Position numbers and translations under genes: made by a program
The notes under the pieces: generated by a model
Databases searched by the model: none
Seen by the model: the letters and a program-made list of their open reading frames with translations, nothing else
Told to the model about the DNA's origin: nothing
Part shown: positions 42,904 through 53,828 of the stretch, one piece after another
How the letters are laid out: the number at the start of each line of letters is the position of its first letter
Numbering within the stretch: the first letter of the stretch is position 1
DNA from: an uncultured Bacillota bacterium
GTDB taxonomy: Bacteria; Bacillota; Dehalobacteriia; UBA4068; UBA4997
Reading direction: 5' to 3'
Assembly: GCA_948907985.1 (NCBI GenBank)
Contig: CAQWMM010000002.1
Location: 7,660-71,659 of the forward strand
Length of the DNA: 64,000 nucleotides

Positions 42904-45900
42904 ATGAAACTGCGTTTAATCGAGGGGGGAGCGGGCAGCGGCAAAAGCCGCCTGTGCTTACAGGAGATGGCCGAGCGGCAAAAAGCCGAGCCGCTGGGCA
43001 AGCCGCTGCTGCTCTTGGTGCCGGAGCAGGCCACCTTTGCCGGCGAGCGGGCCTTTGTTAATTTTGCGGATAATCAGGGGCAGCCAGTAGGCGCTAGCCT
43101 GCGCGCGCAGGCGGTGAGTTTTTCCGGCTTGTACCGGCTGATGGCGGCGGAGCAGACTTTTGCGCCTCTGCCCCGGTTAGACGAGCAGGGGCGCGCTATG
43201 CTGCTGGAGGCCTGTATGCAGCAGCACCGGGGCAAGCTGGAGGTTTTGGACGCCGCGGCCGGTAATATCAGCTTTGTGGACGCTCTGGCGCGCGCTCTGG
43301 TGGAGTTTGAGCAGTATGGCATAGCCCCGGCGGATTTGCGCCGGGCGGCGGAGCAGTTGGCGCAGCCTGCGGGGGCCAGCCTGTTGGCGGCCAAACTGCG
43401 GGATTTGGCGCTGCTTTTTGAATCCTATCTGCATATGGTGGTGGGCGGGTTCCGCGATCAGGGTTTGATGATGGCCGAACTGGCGCAGGCCGCGGCGGCC
43501 TCGGAGCTTTTGCAGGGGGCGGAGTTTTGGCTGGATAATTTTCTGGACTTCAACCCCTCGCAGTTGGCGGTAATGCGGGCGCTTTTCCCCAAAGTCAAAG
43601 CGATTAATCTGTGCCTGTGTCTGCCGCCGGAGGCTGCCGGGCCGCAGAACGTGGGGCGGATTTTTGGCGGTCAGCGGCGTTTGCGCCGCCAGTTTTTGCA
43701 GCTGGCGGCAGAACTGGGGGCGGAGGTGGAAGTAACCAGGCTGACGGCAAACCACCGCCAGAAAAATAACCCGGAACTGGCGGCGGTGGAGGCCTGTTTT
43801 GCCTTTGGCTGTTTTTCCGGCTTTAAGCCCAGCCCGGACTGGCCGCTTGACTGGCGGCAGCCGCCCCAAAATATTGAGCTGCTGGCCGCGCCGGACGCCG
43901 CCGTCGAGGCGGTTTATGCGGCGCAGACGATCAGCCGCCTGTGCCGCGAAGAGGGCTTTAAGTTTCGGGAGATTGCGGTGATTACCAGAAACCTGGCTAA
44001 TTATCGTACTGAACTGGAAAACGCTTTTCGCGATTTTGCTATCCCCTACTTTTTTGATATGGGCGCGGATTTGGGGCGGCACCCGCTGGTTAAGCTGGTT
44101 GCTACCGTTTTAAGCGTGCTGACCGAGAACTGGTCTACCCCGGCGGTGCTGGCTTATTTAAAGTCCGGCCTGGCTCCGTTGAGCCTTGACGAGGCGGATA
44201 TTTTGGAAAACTACGCCCTGCGTTGCGGCCTAAAAAGTTATATGTGGCGGCAGGCCGGCCAATTTAAGCGCGCCGGCGGGCTGACGGCGGAGGAGCTGGC
44301 GCAGATTAATGAAATAGCGGCGCGGGCCTTACAGCCGCTGTTAAGTCTGCGGGAAGAGCTGCAAGCGGCCGGGGCGCTGACCGTTGGCGTTTTGGCTGGC
44401 GCGCTGCTGAATCTGCTGCAAAATTTACAGGCGGCGGACAAGCTTCTGGTCTGGGAGCAGCAGGCTGTTCAGCGCCAGGAATTGCGTTTGGCGGACGCGC
44501 ACCGCCAGATATTGCCCAAGGTGGAGCAGCTGTTGGCTCAGCTGCAAGCTTTTTTGCCGGATTTGCCGGTCAGCTATCAGGAGTTTGCTGAACTTTGGCA
44601 GGAGGGGACGGCGCGTTTGCAGTTAAGTTCTATTCCGCCCTCGGCAAATGAGGTTAATCTGGCAGAGATCAGCCGCAGCCGCCTGCCGGAAATCCGCGCG
44701 GCTATCGTTCTGGGCTTAAACGATGGCGAAATGCCGGCGGCGGTGGCGGAAGACGGTCTGTTGGGCAGTAATGACCGGGAAGTTTTGGCCCGGCTTGGTT
44801 TGGAACTGGCCGCCGGCCCGCGCGAGCGGCAGGAAAACGAGGAATATTTGGCTTATATTGCTCTGACGCGCAGCAGCGAGCGTTTGTATTTAAGCTATGC
44901 GGAAGCGGCGGCGGACGGCGCGGCTCTGCGCCCTTCGCCGGTGGTGGGGCGTTTGCGTCAGATTTTTCCGGCGCTGGCCCCAAAGCAACCGGAGGATCTG
45001 CCGCTGACCGACTGGCTGGGCGGCGACCGTCGCCTGCTGGCTGGTCTGGCGGCGCATTTGGGCCGCCTGCGTGCGGGGGAAACACCGCCGCCGCAGACTG
45101 ACGAATTTTGGCGCGCCGTCTGCCGGCGTTTGCAGCAGGAACAAAAGCTGCTGCCGCAGTTGGCGGCTCTGCGGCAGGGTTTGGACTATCGGGTGAACGG
45201 CGCACCTTTGGATAAACGCCGTTATCTGGCGCTTTATGGCCGGGCTGGCAGCAGCTCCACCAGCGTTTCGCGCTTGGAGCGTTTTAACAGCTGTCCCTGC
45301 AAATATTATGCTTCTTATGGGTTGGGGCTGGCCCCCAGGCCGGAATTTAAGCTGCAAACCGCCGATGTGGGCACTATCTATCATTATATATTGTCCGAGG
45401 TTATGCAGCGGCTGGTGCAGGCCGAGTGCAAATGGGCAGAGCTGACAATGGCAGAGTTGGAGCCGCTAGTGCGCGAGGTTTTGCAGCAGTTTGCCGAGCA
45501 GGGGCTGGCCGAGCTTTTGACGGACAGTGGCAAAAACAGCTATATGGCGGAAAAAATTGTGGCGGTGGTGAGCCAAAGCCTGCTGGATATGGCCGCCAAT
45601 CTGGCCGCCGGCAGCTTTCAGCCGCGCCGCTTTGAACTGGCCTTTGGCCTGGGCGGTCAATTACAACCCCTGCGGCTGGAGGTGGCGGACGGGCGTTTTG
45701 TGGAGCTGGGCGGCGTTATCGACCGGGTGGACGTGGCCCCGGGCAGCGAGGCGGCGTTTGTGCGCATTATCGACTATAAAATGCAGAATAAGACGCTGAA
45801 CCTGTCGGATATTTATTTTGGGCTGAACTGGCAGCTGCCGCTGTATCTGGAGGCTTTGCTGCAAAATGGGCGCGACCGGCTGCGCCCGGCGGGCATGTTC

Positions 45901-46350
45901 TATGTGCCGGTGCAGGAGATTATTAAAAACGTGCAGTCTTTGGAGGAAGACGGCGCGGCGGTTAAGCTGCAGGGGTTGGCGATTCTGGATACCGAGGCGC
46001 TGTTATTGGCCGAGCGGGATTTGGAGCCGGGCCAATACGCCAAAACCATGAGCGTTTATTGGAAGCGCGACAGCAGCTTTGGCCGTAATACGCTGGGGCT
46101 GCTGCCGGCGGAATATAATTTTATGCAGCATTGCCTGCGCCGGCAGGCGGCCGACAGCGTGCAGCGTTTACAGGCCGGAGAGATTCGCCAGCGCCCGCTG
46201 GAGCAGAACGGCCGGCTGATCTGCGAATACTGCGATTATTACAGCCTGTGCGCGGTGGATTTGGCGGTGGATATGAATAGCCGCCCGGTGGAGCGCATCT
46301 CTAAAGATGAGGTGTTACGTCGTTGGCAGCAAGAGTACGGCGAGGAATAA
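42904..46350 (+). CDS. addB: helicase-exonuclease AddAB subunit AddB
   Basis: 1148 aa with N-terminal GGAGSGKS and a C-terminal nuclease/Fe-S domain with Cys ligands (NSCPCKYY ... CEYCDYYSLC). Followed by addA. Confidence 0.9.
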   Translation: MKLRLIEGGAGSGKSRLCLQEMAERQKAEPLGKPLLLLVPEQATFAGERAFVNFADNQGQPVGASLRAQAVSFSGLYRLMAAEQTFAPLPRLDEQGRAMLLEACMQQHRGKLEVLDAAAGNISFVDALARALVEFEQYGIAPADLRRAAEQLAQPAGASLLAAKLRDLALLFESYLHMVVGGFRDQGLMMAELAQAAAASELLQGAEFWLDNFLDFNPSQLAVMRALFPKVKAINLCLCLPPEAAGPQNVGRIFGGQRRLRRQFLQLAAELGAEVEVTRLTANHRQKNNPELAAVEACFAFGCFSGFKPSPDWPLDWRQPPQNIELLAAPDAAVEAVYAAQTISRLCREEGFKFREIAVITRNLANYRTELENAFRDFAIPYFFDMGADLGRHPLVKLVATVLSVLTENWSTPAVLAYLKSGLAPLSLDEADILENYALRCGLKSYMWRQAGQFKRAGGLTAEELAQINEIAARALQPLLSLREELQAAGALTVGVLAGALLNLLQNLQAADKLLVWEQQAVQRQELRLADAHRQILPKVEQLLAQLQAFLPDLPVSYQEFAELWQEGTARLQLSSIPPSANEVNLAEISRSRLPEIRAAIVLGLNDGEMPAAVAEDGLLGSNDREVLARLGLELAAGPRERQENEEYLAYIALTRSSERLYLSYAEAAADGAALRPSPVVGRLRQIFPALAPKQPEDLPLTDWLGGDRRLLAGLAAHLGRLRAGETPPPQTDEFWRAVCRRLQQEQKLLPQLAALRQGLDYRVNGAPLDKRRYLALYGRAGSSSTSVSRLERFNSCPCKYYASYGLGLAPRPEFKLQTADVGTIYHYILSEVMQRLVQAECKWAELTMAELEPLVREVLQQFAEQGLAELLTDSGKNSYMAEKIVAVVSQSLLDMAANLAAGSFQPRRFELAFGLGGQLQPLRLEVADGRFVELGGVIDRVDVAPGSEAAFVRIIDYKMQNKTLNLSDIYFGLNWQLPLYLEALLQNGRDRLRPAGMFYVPVQEIIKNVQSLEEDGAAVKLQGLAILDTEALLLAERDLEPGQYAKTMSVYWKRDSSFGRNTLGLLPAEYNFMQHCLRRQAADSVQRLQAGEIRQRPLEQNGRLICEYCDYYSLCAVDLAVDMNSRPVERISKDEVLRRWQQEYGEE

Positions 46351-46399
46351 TACTAAATTAAGCGGCATAAGCTTAAACAGCAAACTGAGGGAGAAAACT

Positions 46400-49300
46400 A
46401 TGGCCTGGACTAATGAACAACTGGCGGCAATGCAGAAAAACAGCGGCAACTTACTGGTGGCGGCAGGGGCCGGCAGCGGCAAAACCGCGGTGCTGATTGA
46501 GAGAATTATGGGCATTATCACCGATTTGGAACAGCCGGTGGACGTTGACCGCCTTTTGGTGCTGACCTATACCAACGCGGCGGCGGCAGAGATGCGCCAG
46601 CGGCTGACCTCGGCCCTGCGCGAGCGTCTGGCGGCGCAGGGGGACGGCGGCGAGGCCGGGCGGCATATCACCCGCCAGCTGGTGCTGCTGCAACGCGCTA
46701 AAATCATGACAATCCACGCTTTTTGTCTGGACCTGTTGCGCGAATATGGTTACGCGCTGGATTTGGACGCGAAAAGCCACATTGGCAGTGAGGGCGAACT
46801 CAATCTGCTGCGCGAACGCGTGTTGGAAGAAGTTTTTGAAGCGGCCTACGCCGATGAAAATTCCGGTCTGCGTCTGTTGCTGCGTCATTACAGCCGCGGC
46901 CTGGGGGACGATAATATTAAGGCGCTGGTGCTGCGGCTGATTGAGTTCGGCCAGAGCATGTCGGATATCGAGGGCTGGCTTGCCGGTCTGGCGGAGGCCT
47001 ACCGGCAGGGGCAGACGGAAAAGTGGCTGGCTTATTATGCCGATTGTTTGCAGGACGAGCTGGCCGGGTTAAGCGCTGTTTACCAGTCGGCGGAAAATTT
47101 GGCGGCGGGGGCCGGGCTGACGGCTTATCTGCCTTTGCTGGCGGCGGAGTCGGCGGCTTTGCGTCAGGCAGCGGCGGCCGGCGGGGCGGCGGCCTGTTTG
47201 CAGGCCCTGGCCCGGTTGGAATTTAAGCGTCTGCCGGCTATTCGTGCTAAAGACCTAAGCGATCCGGAGGCCAAGGAGCGCGTGCAGCTTTTGCGCAAGC
47301 AGGCCAAGGAGGGCGTGGCCGCCCTGCTGCGCGAGGGCGCGGCGGTTCAGCGGGGAACTTTGGCGGCGGAGCTGGCCGAACTCGCGCCGCTGGCCGGGGC
47401 CCTGGTGGATTTGACGCTGAACTTTTATCAGGCCTGGCAGCAGGCCAAACGCCGCCGCCGTCTGTTGGAGTTTGCTGATTTGGAACATTTTGCGCTGGCT
47501 TTGCTGCAAAACGAGCAGTTGGGCGTGGCGGCCAGCCTGCGGCAGCATTTTTTTGAAATTCTGGTGGATGAGTATCAGGACGTTAACGAGGTGCAGGAAA
47601 GCCTGCTGGCCCTGTTGAGCAATGGTGATAACTGCTTTATGGTGGGTGATATTAAACAGAGCATTTATCGTTTCCGGCTGGCGGAACCGAGCCTGTTTTT
47701 GCGGCGTTTTGCGGCTTATGGCCGGGGCGAGGGCGGCCGGCGGGTAGATCTCAACCGCAATTTTCGCAGTCAGAGCGCCGTTTTGGCCGGGGTGAACTTC
47801 GTGTTTGCCCGGCTGATGCGGGGCGGCAATCTGGAAATTAACTATGACGAGGCGGCCAGCCTGCACTGTGGCCGGCCGGAATTGCCGGCGCTGCCGGTGG
47901 AACTGCTGATCGTTGATAAAGCGGCGGTTAATAGCGGAGCCGGCGGCGTTGATTGGGCGGCGGACGAGGACGCGGCGGAGCCGGGCGTTGACGGCTGGCT
48001 GGCGGATATGAAGACAGCGGAGCTGGAGGCGCATGTTTTGGCGCAGAAAATCCGGCAGGAACGCGCGCGGGGGCGCGAATGGTCTGATATGGTGATTTTG
48101 CTGCGGGCGGTGCGCGCCTGGGCGCCGGCTTTCAGCCAGGTGCTGCGCAGTTATGATATTCCTCTGCAAGCGGACGGCTTCGACGATTTTTTAAGCCTGT
48201 CGGAGGTACAGGTGGTTTGCAATCTGCTGGCGGTGCTGGATAATCCCCGACAGGACATCGCCCTGGCGGCGGTTTTGCACTCGCCTTTAGTGGGGCTGGA
48301 CCTGGCCGGTCTGGCGGATTTGCATATTCTGGATAAAAAATGCCTGTACGGCGGCCTTTGCCAATCGCACGACAGCCGCCTGGTGCAGTTTAATCAGCGT
48401 TTGCAGGAATGGCGCCGCCGCAGTCAGGAGTTGGGCGTGGCCGAACTTTTGGAATATCTCTATAACGCGGCGGCTTTGCCAGAGCTTTTGGGATTGTTGC
48501 CGGGGGGCGGCCTGCGCCGCCGCAGTTTGCAGGAGTTAAAACGTCTGGCGGGGGATTATGACAGCGCCGGCGGGGTTGGTTTGGGGCGGTTTTTGAAGTT
48601 TTTGGCCGCCGCCGGTAACGCCGCCGGGCCGAAAGGCGCGTCTGGCGGGCAAACTGGCGACGCGGTGCGGCTGATGAGTATTCATAAAAGCAAGGGGTTG
48701 GAGTTCCCGGTGGTGTTTGTAGCCGGGCTGGGTACGGCTTTTAATGAAGACGATTTTCGGCGGGATATTCTGCTGCATCGCAGTTTGGGTTTGGGCCTGC
48801 GCCGGGTTGATTTGGTTGGCCGGCGCAAATATCCCACCTTTGGCTTTAACCTGATTGCCCGCAAGGCGCGCTGGGAAAGCCTGGCCGAGGCTTTGCGCCT
48901 GCTCTATGTGGCGATGACGCGGGCGGAGCAAAAGCTTTATCTGCTGGGGACGGTCAGCTCGTCCACGACGCTGATGAAAGTCCTGGCCACGCTGCCGGAC
49001 GACGCCGACGCGGTCCCGGCCGGATTTTTGGCGAAATACCGCAGTTTTCTGCCCTGGCTTTGCGCGGCGCTGTTACGCCAGCCGGATTGCCGCCTGCTGC
49101 GTGATCTGGCCGGTTATCAATATCGGCTGGCGGTTAGTTTGCCCGACCCGGACGGGCGTTGGCATTTGGAATTAATCGACAGTCTGGAAACGGTGAACGA
49201 CCGAACCAAAAGCGCGGCGGCCAGCTTTGATTTTGCGGCCTGGCTGGCGGCTCTGCCCGTGGAGAATGCGCCGGATAAGGCTGTCGCCGGGGCGCTGGCG

Positions 49301-50074
49301 CGGCGCTATCCGGCGGCGGAGCTGGCTAAGCTGCCGGTTAAATGGAGCGTTACCGCTTATAAGCGGCTGCTGCCTTTACCGGAAGATTCAGCCGACGCGG
49401 AGGCCGCGTTGGGCGCGCAGCTGGCAGCCGAAGAGTTTGCCGGGGATTATCCGCAGCGGCCTGCGGGGCGTTCTCTGGAGTGGTACGCCGCTTATGGGCG
49501 GCTGGTGCATGAACTGCTGCAAAAGGCCGATCTGGCCTTTTTGGCCGCTGCCGGGGATGCTGACACGCAGCAGGCTTATTTGCGGGGGTTGTTGGCCGAC
49601 TTGAGCGCGGGGCAGGCCGACCAGACGGTTTGCCGGGCGGCGGAGCCGATGCCCCAGCGGCTGGCCGAGTTCTTTCAGCAGCCCTTGGGGCGCAGGCTGT
49701 TGGCGGCTTACCAGCGCAGCCCGGAGGAGGTTTTGCGCGAGCGGCGTTTTATCGCTGGGTTGAGCCTGGACGATTTGGCGGCGCTGGGTATGGATATCGC
49801 CGAGGGGCTGGATTTGCCGGAACTTACGGCGCAGGGGCGCGAAACGGTGTTTATGCAGGGTGTGATTGATTTGGCCTTTGCCGAGCAGGACGGTTGGGTT
49901 CTGGTGGACTATAAATCCGGGGCCAACTGGGGCAAAAGCGCGGAGGAGATTCAGGAGGCTTTCGGGCTTCAGCTGGCGGTATACCGCTGGGCTTTGCAAA
50001 GGGCCTGCAACAGGCCGGTTAAAGAAGGTTACATTTATTTTACCGCTAATGCGCGGGTTGTGCGCTTGTTTTGA
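46400..50074 (+). CDS. addA: helicase-exonuclease AddAB subunit AddA
   Basis: MAWTNEQLAAM N-terminus 6 nt after GAGGGAG. UvrD-type motifs AGAGSGKT, VDEYQDVN, SIHKSKGLEF and YVAMTRA. C-terminal RecB nuclease GVIDLAF...VDYKS. The track start at 46307 lies inside addB. Confidence 0.9.
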   Translation: MAWTNEQLAAMQKNSGNLLVAAGAGSGKTAVLIERIMGIITDLEQPVDVDRLLVLTYTNAAAAEMRQRLTSALRERLAAQGDGGEAGRHITRQLVLLQRAKIMTIHAFCLDLLREYGYALDLDAKSHIGSEGELNLLRERVLEEVFEAAYADENSGLRLLLRHYSRGLGDDNIKALVLRLIEFGQSMSDIEGWLAGLAEAYRQGQTEKWLAYYADCLQDELAGLSAVYQSAENLAAGAGLTAYLPLLAAESAALRQAAAAGGAAACLQALARLEFKRLPAIRAKDLSDPEAKERVQLLRKQAKEGVAALLREGAAVQRGTLAAELAELAPLAGALVDLTLNFYQAWQQAKRRRRLLEFADLEHFALALLQNEQLGVAASLRQHFFEILVDEYQDVNEVQESLLALLSNGDNCFMVGDIKQSIYRFRLAEPSLFLRRFAAYGRGEGGRRVDLNRNFRSQSAVLAGVNFVFARLMRGGNLEINYDEAASLHCGRPELPALPVELLIVDKAAVNSGAGGVDWAADEDAAEPGVDGWLADMKTAELEAHVLAQKIRQERARGREWSDMVILLRAVRAWAPAFSQVLRSYDIPLQADGFDDFLSLSEVQVVCNLLAVLDNPRQDIALAAVLHSPLVGLDLAGLADLHILDKKCLYGGLCQSHDSRLVQFNQRLQEWRRRSQELGVAELLEYLYNAAALPELLGLLPGGGLRRRSLQELKRLAGDYDSAGGVGLGRFLKFLAAAGNAAGPKGASGGQTGDAVRLMSIHKSKGLEFPVVFVAGLGTAFNEDDFRRDILLHRSLGLGLRRVDLVGRRKYPTFGFNLIARKARWESLAEALRLLYVAMTRAEQKLYLLGTVSSSTTLMKVLATLPDDADAVPAGFLAKYRSFLPWLCAALLRQPDCRLLRDLAGYQYRLAVSLPDPDGRWHLELIDSLETVNDRTKSAAASFDFAAWLAALPVENAPDKAVAGALARRYPAAELAKLPVKWSVTAYKRLLPLPEDSADAEAALGAQLAAEEFAGDYPQRPAGRSLEWYAAYGRLVHELLQKADLAFLAAAGDADTQQAYLRGLLADLSAGQADQTVCRAAEPMPQRLAEFFQQPLGRRLLAAYQRSPEEVLRERRFIAGLSLDDLAALGMDIAEGLDLPELTAQGRETVFMQGVIDLAFAEQDGWVLVDYKSGANWGKSAEEIQEAFGLQLAVYRWALQRACNRPVKEGYIYFTANARVVRLF

Positions 50075-50180
50075 GATAATAATTCGGTTTGATATAGCAA
50101 AAAAATCCAAAAATTCAACAGAAATTTTTTATGGCCTTGATTTTCCAGTGTAAAAACTTGTGGTTTTTTTAGGATAAGTA

Positions 50181-50209
50181 TTGAAAAAAGGGCGCAAGTG
50201 TTTTATAAT
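50181..50209 (+). promoter_or_regulatory. sigma-A type promoter directly upstream of fliF
   Basis: TTGAAA (50181-50186), 17-nt spacer, TATAAT (50204-50209). Confidence 0.5.
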
Positions 50210-50261
50210 AATAGATATTGACGATAAGAGTAGAATATTGGACTTTGCGGAGGCAGATTGC

Positions 50262-51875
50262 GTGGAAGAGAAAATAAAACAAATATGGCCGCGAATTAAA
50301 GAATTCTTTGGCAAGTTAAGCAAAAAAACCAAACGACTGATTGCTGTTGGGCTGGGAACAGTTATAATCGCGGTGGTGGCTTTGGTGTTGATTCTGGCTA
50401 ACAGGCCATATGCGACGCTCTTTACGGGGCTTACCAGCGAGGATATGTCCTCAATCGTTACATATTTGAACGAATCTGGGGTTAAAAATTATAAGATTGA
50501 AAATAACAATACCATTCTGGTGCCGGAGGCGCAGGAGCCCAGCCTTAAGGCCAGCCTTTTGATGCAGGGTTATCCCAGCAGCGATTTGGGCTATCATATG
50601 TATCTGGATAATATCAATACGCTTTCCACTGAATCTGACCGGCGGATGCTTTATATCTTTGATTTGCAGGACCGTTTGGGCGGCGTCATTCGCTGCTTTG
50701 ACGGCGTGGAAAACGCAACGGTGGATATTTCGCTTGGCGAAGACAACAGCTTTGTGTTAAACCGCACCCCCGACGCGCTGATTGAGGCCAGCGCCTCTAT
50801 CTTTGTGGAGATGGACAGCCACAGCAATTTAAGCCAGAAGCAGGCCAGCTCCATCCGCCGCCTGGTGAGCAACGCCGTGCAGGGGCTGGTGATTGATAAC
50901 GTCAGCATCCATGATAACCGCGGCAATACCTGGGACGGCGACGGCAATGTGGACACCACCGACTCCGCCCGTCTGAAACTGGCGCTGGAGCAGCAGGTGA
51001 ACAACAACATCCGCAATAATCTGCTGACGCTTTTAGGGCCGAGATTTGGCAATGATAACCTGGCAATTACCGTTACCAGTACGGTTGACGTCAGCCGTGT
51101 TTATCAGGAGGATACTATCTATTCCACGCCGGAGAACGCCGTGGTGGGCAACGACGGTATCCGGGGCATTATCGGCAGCCGGGTATACAGTTATAATATT
51201 GGCCGCGATGAAGATCAGACGGTGGGCGGCCCTGTGGGCACCGAAACCAACTCCGATATTTCCACCTATGTGGAGCAGGGGTATCAGCCGGACGGTCAGG
51301 AGCGCGATTTGAACGCCAGCGGCGAAGATAATTACGACAATAACCAAACGATAATCCAGCGGGAGAGCGCCGGTGGCACGGTTACCGATGTGATGGTGAG
51401 CGTATTAATTAATGCCGGCCGCAACACCGTTAACCAAGAAGAGATGGTTAACTCCATTGCCCGGGCAGCCGGGATTACGGTGGAACAGCAGGCCGATAAA
51501 GTGGCGCTGTTGGTGGAGCCCTGGCCGGAAGAGCCGGTGGAGCCGGTGATTCCCACATTTATGGATGAATACGGCTGGATTGTTTATGCGGCGATTGCCG
51601 GGGCAATTTTGTTCCTGCTGATTTTGCTGACTGTGATTTTGTTGATCCGCCGCCACCGCAAGAAGAAACGTCTGGCGCAGGAGGCCGAAGAGGCCGCGGC
51701 TCTGGCCGCTTTGCAGCAGGCCCAGATACCGGAGGTTAACGCCGACATTATGGATATTCATACCGAGCGCAGTATGGAACTGCGCAAGGATGTTCGCCGC
51801 TTTGCGGAAAACAACCCGGAAATTGCTGCTTTGATGGTTAAAAACTGGTTAAAAGAAGATGACACCAATGGTTGA
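50262..51875 (+). CDS. fliF: flagellar M-ring protein FliF
   Basis: YscJ/FliF family pattern (RPYATLFTGLTSEDMSSIVTYLNESGVKNYKIE...ILVPE) with a second TM near the C-terminus. GTG start at 50262 is 8 nt after GGAGG. The track start at 50181 coincides with the promoter. Confidence 0.85.
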   Translation: MEEKIKQIWPRIKEFFGKLSKKTKRLIAVGLGTVIIAVVALVLILANRPYATLFTGLTSEDMSSIVTYLNESGVKNYKIENNNTILVPEAQEPSLKASLLMQGYPSSDLGYHMYLDNINTLSTESDRRMLYIFDLQDRLGGVIRCFDGVENATVDISLGEDNSFVLNRTPDALIEASASIFVEMDSHSNLSQKQASSIRRLVSNAVQGLVIDNVSIHDNRGNTWDGDGNVDTTDSARLKLALEQQVNNNIRNNLLTLLGPRFGNDNLAITVTSTVDVSRVYQEDTIYSTPENAVVGNDGIRGIIGSRVYSYNIGRDEDQTVGGPVGTETNSDISTYVEQGYQPDGQERDLNASGEDNYDNNQTIIQRESAGGTVTDVMVSVLINAGRNTVNQEEMVNSIARAAGITVEQQADKVALLVEPWPEEPVEPVIPTFMDEYGWIVYAAIAGAILFLLILLTVILLIRRHRKKKRLAQEAEEAAALAALQQAQIPEVNADIMDIHTERSMELRKDVRRFAENNPEIAALMVKNWLKEDDTNG

Positions 51876-51913
51876 CCTGGTGATAAAGAACAGCTGGAAA
51901 GAGGATGACGCCA

Positions 51914-52936
51914 ATGCCTGAAATAATTACTAAAATGGACGATTTAACCGGCGCGCAAAAGGCGGCCGCTGTGATTATTGCCCTGGGTGTGGATAAGGCT
52001 TCGCTGCTTTATAAACATATGGAGCCGGAAGAGGTTGAGCAGGTTACACTGGAGGTTGCCAAACTGGGCTTTTTGGACGCTGCCCTGACCGAGGAAATCT
52101 TAAACGAGTACTATCAGATGTGTATGACCAACAAGGCGGTTACCGAAGGCGGCCTGGAATATGCCCGTACTGTTCTGCAAAAGGCTTTTGGCGAACAGGC
52201 GGCGGCCACTCTTCTGGATAAGGTTACCAAGTCGCTGAAGAACCGCGAGTTCTCTTTTATGAACAAAGCTAATGATAAATCGTTGTTTTCCGCCCTGCAG
52301 CATGAACGCCCGCAGACTATTGCTTTGGTGCTCTCTTATGTGGACCCGGACAAGGCGGCGGCGGTTATTTCGCAGCTGGAGGGCAAACGGCAGATCCAGG
52401 TGGTGGAAAGTATTGCCCAGATGGAAAGCGCCAGCCCGACGGCAATTAAGATTATCGAGGCCGAGATGACGCGGCGCTTTGCCAATATCTTTGACAGCAG
52501 CAACGTTCAGGTGGGCGGCATCGACTTTGTGGCCGATATTATGAACAACTTGGATCGTTCCAACGAGAAAAGCATTTTCGATGGTTTGGAGGCCTCCAAC
52601 GACGAGTTGGCCGAAGAAATCCGCAAGCGGATGTTCGTTTTCGAGGATATTATCACCATGGACGACCGTTCTGTACAGCGCTTTGTGCGCGACTGCGACC
52701 CGCGCGATCTGGTGCTTTCGCTTAAGGCGGCCAATAACGAGGTGGCCGACAAGCTGTTCCGCAATATGTCCGGGCGTATGGCCGAGAGCATTAAAGACGA
52801 CCTGGAGATTACCACTAATGTTCGTATGAAAGATGTTGAGGACGCGCAGCAGCGTATTGTTAATATTATCCGCAGTTTGGAGGAAAAGGGCGAAGTTATT
52901 ATTATGAAAGGCGGAAAGGACGATATAATTGCCTAG
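51914..52936 (+). CDS. fliG: flagellar motor switch protein FliG
   Basis: LTGAQKAAAVIIALG N-terminus and RKRMFVFEDI motif. ATG 51914 is 9 nt after AAGAGGA. An alternative ATG at 51905 overlaps the SD. Confidence 0.9.
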   Translation: MPEIITKMDDLTGAQKAAAVIIALGVDKASLLYKHMEPEEVEQVTLEVAKLGFLDAALTEEILNEYYQMCMTNKAVTEGGLEYARTVLQKAFGEQAAATLLDKVTKSLKNREFSFMNKANDKSLFSALQHERPQTIALVLSYVDPDKAAAVISQLEGKRQIQVVESIAQMESASPTAIKIIEAEMTRRFANIFDSSNVQVGGIDFVADIMNNLDRSNEKSIFDGLEASNDELAEEIRKRMFVFEDIITMDDRSVQRFVRDCDPRDLVLSLKAANNEVADKLFRNMSGRMAESIKDDLEITTNVRMKDVEDAQQRIVNIIRSLEEKGEVIIMKGGKDDIIA

Positions 52937-53825
52937 TATTTTTAAGCGTTTTATGAAGCCCAAGGCGGAGAGCTATGTTTTTACCGACGCCAGCGAGCTG
53001 GGCGGTGATGAGGAAAAACGCGAGCCGGAAACTGCAACCGACAATTTGAACTCTGCGGCGGATTTTCAGGAATTTGGCGAGGCAGCCAGCACGGCTGAGG
53101 ATTGGCCGGCGGAAGAACCGGAAGAGGAGCCGGCGGCTGACAGCGAGATCTTTTCGACCTCTGAACCGCCGCGTCCCTCTACGCCGGTGGATTTTGCCCG
53201 AGTGCAGGCTGAGGCTATTTTGGCGGCGGCGCGCCTGGAGGCCGAACAAATTAAGGAAAAGGCCTTGCAGGATGCGGAGGCCGAAGTACATGAACTTTAT
53301 CGGGCGGCCCGGGCGGACGGCTATAACGGCGGTTTCACCGAGGGTATGGCCTCGGCGATGAGCGAGGCCCAGTCGGAGATTGAACGCCAGCTTGCCGAAC
53401 AGGGGGCGGAGTTTAAGCGTTTTTTGGAGGCGGCGGTGCACTCGCGCGATCTGGTTTTGCAGGATACCCGCGAAGACTTGCGGGATTTGGCGCTGGCCGT
53501 GGCCGAAAAAGTGATCCGCGTCAGCCTGAAATCAAGCGGCGACATCTTGTTGCGTATGATTGATTCGGCCACTGAAAAACACCGCCGCTGCGAGTGGGTG
53601 CAGATTTATATTGCGGATTGTGATACCAAAAATATTGCTCTTTCTACGCCGGAGTTGACGGCGGCGCTGGGGCATTTATCCAATAGAATACGGATTATTC
53701 CGATGGCGGATGACGAGTCCGGCACCTGTATTATTGAAATGCCCGATGAGATTATCGACGCCAGCGTTTCCACCCAGATGGACAATATCCGGGAAGTTAT
53801 TCAAAATAACGCGGGAGAAAACTAA
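52929..53825 (+). CDS. fliH: flagellar assembly protein FliH
   Basis: Position between fliG and fliI, an acidic N-terminal half, and a coiled-coil plus FliH/V-ATPase-E-like C-terminal part. TTG start is 8 nt after GGAAAGGA. Confidence 0.7.
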   Translation: MPSIFKRFMKPKAESYVFTDASELGGDEEKREPETATDNLNSAADFQEFGEAASTAEDWPAEEPEEEPAADSEIFSTSEPPRPSTPVDFARVQAEAILAAARLEAEQIKEKALQDAEAEVHELYRAARADGYNGGFTEGMASAMSEAQSEIERQLAEQGAEFKRFLEAAVHSRDLVLQDTREDLRDLALAVAEKVIRVSLKSSGDILLRMIDSATEKHRRCEWVQIYIADCDTKNIALSTPELTAALGHLSNRIRIIPMADDESGTCIIEMPDEIIDASVSTQMDNIREVIQNNAGEN

Positions 53826-53828
53826 ATT